From assembly GCA_965603825.1 (NCBI GenBank), contig CBFDEM010000036.1, forward strand, positions 124,001 to 188,000: 64,000 nucleotides of DNA, written 5' to 3'. How positions within the stretch are numbered: position 1 is the stretch's first letter; the number at the start of each line of letters is the position of its first letter. This DNA is from Blepharisma stoltei ATCC 30299 (lineage: Eukaryota > Protista > Ciliophora). Shown in pieces: positions 12,374-22,625 of this stretch. The notes beneath the pieces are model-generated. The model was not told the DNA's origin. It saw only the letters and a program-made list of their open reading frames with translations, and made no database searches. The position numbers and the translations under genes are program-made.

Positions 12374-15300
12374 TTATTGAATGCTCTCTTTATCTTCTAG
12401 TGCATGGCTTTTATTGATTGATATGCTATTTGATACTAGAGAAACTTCAATTCGATTGAAAGCTGCTTTTGAATTTTCACTGTTATAACTGTTTTCGTCT
12501 GAACAATTTGCCACTTTTTTTGATTTTCTGAGACTCTTAATTTTATTAATTATTGATCGAGAAATCGATTTGAGGACGCAAAATGATCAATAAATTAAAA
12601 AATAGCAATTTGCTATGACAATAATTGCAAAGAAAAAGTATCCAGCTTCATCATTTAAAGATCCCATTAAATAGTAAAGCCCACTTCATATAGTGACTGC
12701 ACAGACTATCCTTGACCTTAATTCCATTTGATTTAGATTAGGCTCAGTATAAGGGTTATTTGAATACTGTAGTCTTAAATATATTGAATATAAAATAGCC
12801 ACAATTATTGCTTGAATCTTTAAAGATACTCTTGCTAAAAAAACTGAACAGCAAATAAGAATAATTTTACTATACAAAATGATAAATTCCCAAAAATAGA
12901 GATTATCTTTGTATCCATTGAAAAGAAACCCATATCTTAGACGCACACCTAAATCACTCAGTCTGCTTTTATTTTTAATTAGATTTATTAAGCAAACTGT
13001 AGGCAAAATAATTCCCCATAAAATAATAGATGGCAATGAAATGGTTGCCACATAAACCATATGATCATAATTTCAGCATCTAAAATCAAGATTTTCTTCT
13101 AATCAATATTCGCCAGGATTAATTTCTGTGCAATTCATTGATGCAAACATTTTTCTCACTATACTTGGATGAATTAAAAATAATAAAATAATCCCAGTTG
13201 ATATAAAATCATCCCAAAATGTTTTGTATGAAGTTTTGGCTAGTTTTATAATAATCCAAAAAAATAAACTCAAAACCAACATAATTGCTGGAATTAAAGC
13301 CACCATAATAAGAATTTTGAAATAAACTAAATTGCTGCTATCATTTGATCCAAATAAGCATTGGCATGAATAAATTTGCTGATACACATAATCTGCATTA
13401 TTTTGAATATTAAAAAGGGTCAAAACTTCAGATGATCAGTTGAGCTTAAAAGTGGATACTAAAATGATCATTTGAAAATAATTCAAAAATATTTTTATGA
13501 AAATTGAAATTTGGGACTTTGGCTTTAGAGCGGATTTTCTTGTTGTTTTTATTATAATTGCCAATAAAATAATTAACCCTATTGTTATTCCTATAGTCAC
13601 TAAAACGTTAGTTCTATATCCTGGACACTTTTCACATTTGTTGCTTGAAGTATAAGAAAACCCTGCTTTGCAAGATTGACATTTATTGCCCTTGTAGGCT
13701 TCACTGCATTCACCTGTATATGAAATATTGTTTATGTTAGGCGAGCCTAAACAAGATGAAGGATAGGGACATTTTCAAAATTTATCTGTATATATATTGT
13801 CTCTCCAATATCCAGGGCGTGGAACCATTGTATAATTTCCAAGGCATTGAGCTTCATCGGGACAAGAAAGACAAGAAATCAAGTTTGGGTTCAAACTAAA
13901 ACCCATGGGGACATATTTGACAATTTTTTCCTGATATGACCTCTCCAATTTTGCATTTTCTCATATTCACATTTAATATTAAATTTTGGCTATAATTGCT
14001 TTGACCTGAAGATTTTATTTTGGAAATATCAATTGCTGAAGAAGTAGCAATTATTTGAATATTCGATCCAGGCTCAGCAGAAATAACAAGTTCAGAGAAG
14101 TTAAATATTCCTTTTGATGCAGTAACTTTTGTTGTTCCAGAAATTTGGGTTCTTAAACTTGTAGATTTAAGCACTGCTTCACTAACATTATCAGTGGCTA
14201 TGATATGATTTAAATCGTCAACCAAAGCAATTTGCAGTTGATTTTTAATGCGTTGTCCAGGTGCGATTTCTGTTAAATTTAGGCTTGAAACAGGGTCTGA
14301 TAATAATCTTTTGCTATTAAAACCTGCTAAACTGCCATCTGCTTTTACTTGCATTAGCTTGATTGGATATGAAGCTATATCTTTACCGTATTGAGCTGCG
14401 TTATTTTTATATGTATTATTGAAAAGTGAAGGAGTTTGGTCATCTCAGCTGATACCTCCACCATTATATTCAGCGAAGTTTTCAATAAAAACGCTTGAAT
14501 TAATATCAAATTTACATTTTTTTGTATCGAAACAATTCATATTGATTCCCCCTCCAATCCCACTATCAATGTTTTTATTTGTTAAGTCTTGGCTTGAAAT
14601 AGCTTTATTTTGCTTAAAATTGGAAAAAATTATTTTTAAATTTGCATTATTCGAGTATATTGCTCCTCCATTTTGTGCCGAGTTATTTAAAAACTTGCTT
14701 GAAGTCACATTAGCGTTGCTACTGATATCTTTTGTAGATTTAAAAAATAAAGCACCTCCATGTAAAGACGCAAAATTATTCGCAAAATTACAATATATAA
14801 TTTCTATATTTCTACATGAATCACAATAAAGAGCTCCTCCATCATTTCCTGAACCATTGCTAAATGAAGAATTTACAATTTCTAGCTTTTTTATTTGTTT
14901 TCCATATATTCCTGTAACAGAAAATTTATTAAAGATTGAATTTTCAATTGATAATTCGACTTGATTCACATTGATAACTCCACCTCCAATAAGGCTTTCT
15001 ATATCAACGAAATTCGAGCTATTTATGGATATTTGGCTATCAAAAGAAGCATAAATTGCACCGCCACTAGGAGATGATAATTTGTTAAAAAATGAGTCCT
15101 TGATTAATAAAACACTTGAGCTTGCATAAATTGCTCCACCTCTTTCACTTGATTTTCCATTAGAAAAGGTTGCATTAGCTACATATGCATTGCTTTCTGC
15201 TAATAAATATATAAAACTTCCTGAAATACTTCTTTGATTTTCAAATTTTGAATCATATATTTCTGCATTCGAATACGTTAGTGATAATCCTGGAGTGTAT

Positions 15301-18300
15301 CCTTCAGCTGAATTATTGCTAAAAATGGATGATGAGATCACTATTTTTGAGCTAACCATATTAATCAAACCTAAGTTTGATGCATAATTGTTGGTAAATT
15401 GGGATAAAATTAGAGAAGAAGCTACCAAATTGCAGTTAAAAGCATAGATTGCAGACCCATCATTTTCACATGAATTTTTTTCGAATTTTGAATTTAATAT
15501 AAAAAATTGAGACTCTTGTTCAGCGTTTAGTACTCCACCTTTTCTTTTTGCTTTATTTTGAATAAATGAGCAACTTTCACAATAAAAAAATGATTTCGAA
15601 GTAATTGATATCGCTCCGCCGTATTCTTCACATGTATTATTTAAAAATTGTGATGAGCTTGCATATAAAATAGCAGAGTTTTGAAGGTAAAAACAAGATC
15701 CATAAGGAGCAGAATTAAACTGAAAAACAGAACCATTATCTGTAAAATAATCAAAATTCAAAAAAACGACTCTTGCATTGTTGTATTCAAAGACAGAATT
15801 CTTAGTTTCAACAGTTGAATTTCTATTTTGGCTGTCTGTATAAATAACTGAGTTTCCAGTATTTTTTCTGAAAATAGAGAGCTCAATACATATTTTTGAA
15901 GGCAAATTTTTTGTATCTTCTCCTATATCAATTCCCAAAACAGCTGCCAAATATGAAGAGTTTTCAATGAAAACACAGGATTTAAAAGATAAAATTCCAC
16001 TGCTGAAATATAGAATTATAGTTCCTGACTGTTTTGAGACATTTTCATTGAAATTAGAAACTAATATAACTGACTCTTTAGAAAGTGCTACTGAGCTATC
16101 GATATATAAAGCTGCACCATTATTTGCATAATTTCCTATAAAATTTGATTCCAAAATTTTAAAGTCAAGACTTTCTGATGACCTTGAGCTCTGAATCAAA
16201 AAAATTGCTCCTCCATTAGAAGAAGCTGAATTTCGAATAAAATCACTTAATGATATAATAAGCCACGATATTTTATTATTTTGAAATAAAGAAACAAAAT
16301 ATAAGGCTCCACCATTGCCCTGCCTCGATTCATTTGAATCAAAGATTGAAGACTCAATAAAAATACTTACTCCTGAAAAGTAAACTGCAGGGGATAAACC
16401 TGCTAGGTTATTAATGAAAGAACAGTTTGATATATACAAAGTATTTTCACTCTCAACTCCTAGTGCACCATAACCTGAAATGTAATTGTTTATATTCTCA
16501 ATAAATTTTAAATTTGTGAAATTTCTATCATAAGATCCTGTAAAATAAAAACACACTGGCGATGGTCCATTTCCAACATTCCCAGAGCAGCTTAGAGAAT
16601 TTAAGCTATTGGAATCTGAATCATCAATTATAAAAGTTGGTGATGAATTTCTACAGATATTTTTTGTAATATTAACATCTTCGATATATAAATTAATTGA
16701 TTTCGATAAACTCACCATAAATTCACAATCTACAGCTTTTGCATTATATTTTGGTTTACTTAAATATAAGTCATAAGCATCCCTATTTTCAATAAAATAT
16801 TTCAGAATTAGAGAATTGACATTTGAGTCTTCGTACGGAGATCCATTAGAATCTATAGTCAAATTTTTTAAATCAAAATTAACCAAATTTACTGTAGTGA
16901 TCATTCCTTTGGCATGATTATTTTTGAAAGAAATATCAATAAATTTGCATCATCTTGGAACTGAAATGGCATCAACGTATCTAAAATTATTAAAAACAAT
17001 AGTTTGGGTTGTTTTTGTTTTATAATAATCTAATACTGCAGAGTTGTATATATAAATTAATGAATCGCTTTCTGCGCCATTTGAATCAATGGTTAAATTA
17101 CTTAGGTGAACATTTAATAGCAAGGCAAGAAACTCTACTCGGATTAATCCAAATTTTCCATAGTTTGATATAAAATTGGTGTTCTTAATGATTATATGAG
17201 TAATAGTCATATAAGTCAAATAAAAAGTTTCATTAATACTAGAGTCGTATCTTTCTATATTTAATTTGCTGTAAAATATTCCTGTTTCACAATAATTATG
17301 CATAAAAGTGCAGTTATCAATTTCAAATTTTTTCAAATTACTAATATATATTAGTGAACCAGTCGAAAGAGAGCTTTTTGGTTTTAAATAAACCAAATTA
17401 TATTTAAAATCCACATTTTTTATAATAAAAGTCGAATAAGATTCAGAATACAAAAATCCTCGAAAATCAAGTGGGTCTCCAAATTCAAATCCGTTATTCA
17501 ATCTAGTCACAGAGCCTCCTAAGTAAGTAAAATTTCCATGTGGATGCACAACTGCATTTGTTTCTTTTCCACTTAGTCATATATTATCAAAAATTACATT
17601 AATTAGCTCAATTGTCCCATTCCCAGATATAATAGAATCATAATTGAATCTAAAATTTCTAATTTCAACATTTCTTAATGTCAATTCAGAATCAGCATGA
17701 AATAGGCTAAGACTCCCAGTTTTGTCAATCTGACAGCTATCTAAAGATATATTTTGTGATATGCGCTGATTTCTATCATTATAGTAATAGCCGTCACTTT
17801 CATTATAAAAACTATATGCACAATAATCGCAGTATATAGAATCACACCCATTATCTTGCCCAGATCCATCGATAATAACATTTTCAAACTTGATATATGA
17901 AATCATTGAGCATGAAAGCCGCGATCATCCATTAATCTTTATCAAAATCTTACTTCCATCATATGAGCCTATTACAACGGATGAGGGCTTTTCTAAAGGA
18001 TCACAGTCAGTTAAAGTATAATTTCCATCGTTAAATAAATAGAAATAAAGTATTTGATTTTCCAATATAGATGGATCCGCTAAACTTTGATTAATAGGCA
18101 GTTTAAACTGTAATGCATAATCAAGTGTTTCAAATGGAGAAATCGCAGTCCCATTTCCTGATGGGTAAGACCCTTTCTGAATTGAAGTCACATAGTAAAA
18201 CTGAAAATCTGGATGCTTAAAAAACTTTCAATAATTAATGTCGGTTAAAGCAAATTCACCTATGCTAAAAGTTGAAGGATAACAGTAGGTGAGGTTGCAT

Positions 18301-19482
18301 AAATAGCAGTCGTAAATACTACATTTATTGGGAAAAGATTGAGGTATATTAGGACACCCATGATACCCATCATTTAAGTGGCATAAGCCAAAATTACATT
18401 CTTCAAAAAAACATTCAGGGTAGTAGGATTTGTAGTCTAATGACATTGTTAAATTGCATTTATTAGATGATGCCACTGAACAAATTTCAAAAGATACAAT
18501 AGCATTTGTATTATAAGTAAAACTTTGCTGATAAATGGTGTATTTTATTAATTCTTCATCATAGCATCACTTGCTAGAATCACTGCTGACTCTATCATAC
18601 TTGCAATCTTTTACTAAACATGCTGGTTTGCATTTTCCATAATCTTCTGGCATACAATATGGTGAGCATCGACAAGCAAAATTGTCATATTTACAACGAA
18701 AAGTATTACAAACTTCATCGCATACCTCGTTTCTAAGCATGTCTAAGTGGCATCCACTTTCACAAAACCCACACTTTTCAGCATCAAAATCACAATTATA
18801 GGTATTGCAAACCTCATCGCATACATAACTCTGAAGTACATCCAGGAGAACAATCACAATCAACATCATCGTAATTGCATTCTTCAGCATAGCAAGTTTC
18901 ATCACAAATGGAGTTTCCAATCATTCACAAGTAGCAATCAGGCGCACAAGTGATATTGAAGCAGTCTCCATTATCATAATTGCATGGGGAACTATTACAT
19001 TCCTCATTACATATCCCATCTCCTCATATAGTCAAATTACAACCTTCGGCACATTCTGAGCAGGCTCCCATGTCATAATAGCAAGAATCTGTGTTGCACT
19101 CAGGATCGCACTCATTTCCTAATTGAGATTTTTGACCTATATATGGAATACATGATTCAGCGCAGTACCCGCAATCTCCTAAGTCATATCCGCAAAGATA
19201 ATCTTGGCAATGTTGAGCGCAATCGCCATTCCCAAGAGTACTTAAAGTGCATTCACCACCCCAAGCAGGGCATTGTGGAAAACAATCTGAGCTTTGAGCT
19301 TGAGCTGAGGTATTATAAAGAACTCCTGTATCATAATTGCAAAAAGGATTCATGCAGCCAGGATTACATGTGCCATCGCCTCGCTGATTAGGAATTACCA
19401 CTATTGGAGGGCATCTGTTGGGATTGCACAGCATATCTATACTAGAAACAGGAATTCAAAAGGTCAGAGAAAGCCAGAGCAT
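12374..19482 (-). pseudogene. Family B copy B2, two frameshifts
   Basis: ATG 19482, homologous TAA 12374-12376. An 11-nt deletion at ~18824 (GAGTTATGTATGC vs B3 GAATTATTAGAAAATGATATATGC) and a 2-nt deletion at ~13898 (TTTTAGTTTG vs TTTTATAGTTTG). Frame arithmetic of the ORF pieces matches both. Confidence 0.85.
19384..19398 (-). other. 15-nt intron GTAATTCCTAATCAG in B2
   Basis: Identical to the B1 intron, same position. Confidence 0.8.
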
Positions 19483-19639
19483 ATTTTTATTAAAATTGAG
19501 GAAATCAAGAAATTATATTTTTCAAAAAAGATTAGCTAACTATTTTTTCAGCAAGTTATCTTTATTGAACTTTTATTTGTTTTATCCTTATGAATTAATA
19601 TTCATGTCACTTTCTTCTGTGGCTTTGTCTACAGGCAAG

Positions 19640-20696
19640 CTTCTAATACTTCTATCATAATTACTTGCCTGGGGAAAAAATAATTTTAAAAAGCCCATAT
19701 AGCTTTTTTCAATGCAAAATCTTACTGTGGGATTTGACCTCTTGGCGATTCTCTAATTATAGATAATTATGATGCAATAGCAAGATTTTATTATTATCAT
19801 GGAGATTATGAGGAGGCTTTGCGATACTTTGAAACTATTGAAAAAATTTGTTATGATAATGAACTAATCAAAATCAAGAATTATATTGGATCTATTTATT
19901 CTTTGATTCAAAATTATGAAAAATCCATTGAATCTTATCTTAAACTAAAAACATTATTATCATGCGGATATCAAATAGATAAAACATTTCTTTGTGTTAT
20001 AAATGCAAGGATTGGAAAATCTTATTGTAAAAAGGGTGATATGATAGTGCTGGAATCTATTATATGGAAGCTTTTAAGCTTATTGATTACTACAATTTTT
20101 GTCTATATGACCATGATTTGAGCTCAGCTAAATTTCTTATTGATTATTTTTTATTTAATAATGAAATTTAAAAGTGTGAAACTGTTTTAGTGAAGGCATG
20201 AGAAGTTTTAGAAAAAAATCCAGCTTTAGATCTCTTACAGGCCAATGTGATGCTAATATGAGCAAAACTTAAAATTGAACAAGGTGAAAGAGAAGAAGTA
20301 GATAAATACTTAAATCAAATAGAAAAAATATATAAAATTGATAAAATATTGATGGGTACTCCAGGAAAGATACAGCCCAAGCATGATGAAATTTTAAGGT
20401 GAATAGATTTTGTTAATGTTCTGTTAAGGATTCGAGATTTAATAAAAGCAGAAAAAATATTAAAATATATTGAAGAGATATTTAAAACAAATTTTTTAAG
20501 TAGCTGGAGCTTAAAACGAGAGTTATATTTATTGCTTGGACTTTTATAATACTTTTGAAAAAGAGAAATAGAAGCAAAAGTGTGCTTTGAAAAATCATTA
20601 AGCATATCTGGTCAGCATACTAATGATATACGAGGAATGAACATAGCTAAACAATGCTGAATTGAAATAGAAATAGTGGAAAAAAATTCTCAATAA
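19640..20696 (+). pseudogene. 5'-truncated, diverged family T (TPR-like) relic T0
   Basis: AHIAFFNAKSYCGIWPLGD resembles T3 AHIYFHNANSLIGILSSGD. Also GDYEEALRYF and KAEKILKYIEE. Frameshifts at ~19694 and ~20040, an in-frame TAA, and terminal TAA at 20694-20696. The 5' limit is approximate. Confidence 0.8.
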
Positions 20697-21049
20697 AGTT
20701 AGAATTTTTCTTAATAATTTGCTAAATAATCCCTAAAATCATTAATTAAGGTTTATTTTTTAAAGGATCCTCCATTGATAACATATTTATTAATAATTCA
20801 ATAATTTAAGTCTCTAAAAGGTGTTTTACCATTTAATTCTTATAAATATATAGAGCGCTGAAGAAATAATAATTTAATTTATATCTCAACTATTTGCTGA
20901 GCCAATCATTTGATTAGCATAAAAAAAGTATTTACGTGCATAATGCTATATCTGCATCTTCATTTCCATTACAATGCTGCTTATATATATTCAGTACTTT
21001 TTAATAGTATAGTTTTAATTCACTTCATGACATTACTTACTTATAGCAA

Positions 21050-22155
21050 AAGATGGACAGATGCTTAAAAAGCAAATTGAAGTCTTGGGATAAGAGTATA
21101 AAGTTAATATAAACCATGAAATTGTGATATTTTGAAATGCGAACAGAATGCTTGATTTAGGATTAATGATAGAGTGCTCAAGATAGAAGAAGGTTATAGA
21201 TGCCTGAGTATGGAAAAGGATTAATAATTCTCATCATTTGGAAGAAAGGGTAAAGAAGATGAAAGCAGCATTCGGCTTAATCTTGGGTAGATGCTTAAAG
21301 TATCTGCAGCTGCATAAGAAGTTAGCGATCTTGAAGGTGTGTGTCAACTCTGAAGGTCTCTATAGCATGGAAACAGCTGATATCACTGAAAGAGCGGTAA
21401 AAATGCTTAAACACTGGAGATAATCCAAGAAGATAGATAAGATGACTGTTAGGTGCTCCCAAGGAGTTGCAAATAAGACCTTATATATGGATATTTAATT
21501 TTAAATATGAAATGCAGAATGCTGAAATATCACCGAAACAGAGAGGGAAAGCAGAAATGGGACAATATTTGGAAAATTTATTTATTGAATGAGCAAATGG
21601 TCTTTCATGGGCTAGCATTTGTGCTAATTGTTTAGGTTCAGAATATTAGAGAAATTGTTAGGAAGCTAAAAAGTTGATAGAGTCTAGGATCAGAAGGCAG
21701 GACATCAGTATCTAGCGAATAATTGAAATGGAAGTGCCGGCCACAAGACTATATTTTATGCTTTAAATTAACGACAATCTGGTGGAGCACCCATACATTT
21801 ATCTGAACCTCATGGGAAGCATGATGGCCGTTCGCAGAGCCTAAAAAATTAAATCGAAGTTGCAGATGCAATAGATGTGGATGAATTGAGGAAGATGAAA
21901 TCCATCTTCTAAATAGCTTGTATGATGAAAAAGAGTAGAGTTTTTAATGAAGTTGCAAAAGGTAGGAGTGCTGGAAGGAATTATTGAAAGTAGATTTGCG
22001 ATTAATGAGATTGTGCTATATTCGCACAGATTTATTAGCTGGCTGAAAGAAACTCATGAAAATGCATTAGTAGAGATAACAATAGTATTAAGAATCTGCT
22101 AATAAGTAAAAAAGAGAAATCTGGATCACAGCGATAAAATGCATAATAATAATGA
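21050..22155 (+). mobile_element. Degenerate 5'-truncated non-LTR (LINE-like) retrotransposon: end of RT, thumb and C-terminal zinc knuckle
   Basis: Broken-frame translation: EYKVNINHE..IEEGYRCL (iN..K / YkYLG-like), HLEERVKKMKAAF..KKLAILKVCVNSEGLYSMET, IRWLLGAPK/GVANKTLYMD, AGHQYL, and CNRCGWIEEDEIHLLNS(+1)C = CX2CX8HX4C at 21867-21921. Purine-rich. Ends are approximate. Confidence 0.75.
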
Positions 22156-22419
22156 TCTATTTCTTTTCACTACACATTCTTATCCCCTTGCTAATCCAAT
22201 TTTCTTACTAAATTGTCTGCTATTTCTCACTTCTTTTTAGATTAACATCATTCACTTCAAGGCTCTCTTCAATTTCCTCTGCTCATCCAAAATTTTGCAG
22301 ATTCATATGTAGAGTTAATTTTTTCATGTCCAAAACCTCAATCTTTGTTCATCTTATCATAATGGGAGCCTTTCCCATACTTCTTCAGCCTAGTCGAGTT
22401 TATTGTTATAAAAATCTTC

Positions 22420-22610
22420 AATAATATTTATCAGCGTTATATAGTAATTAAAATCGTCAGGGTATCTCACAGCAGCTGTTTCTTTATTCTTTTCCTTCCA
22501 GCATCCTTAAATTATATAGCCTATCATTTCTATCCTGCATAGCTCTGTCTAGCACCAGGCCAGATGCAAAAGACATTTCTCTGCTTTCTTAGTGATTTCT
22601 TCAGCTGCTT
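22420..22610 (+). repeat. Conserved ~190-bp spacer element also found upstream of T1 (38090-38270) and, more diverged, T2 (~40985-41150)
   Basis: ATAATATTTATCAGCGTTATATAG..GGTATCTCAC..GCTGTTTCTTTATTCTTTTC..CCAGATGCAAAAG is shared with 38091-38220. Confidence 0.8.
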
Positions 22611-22625
22611 ACTTTTAATAAAAAT

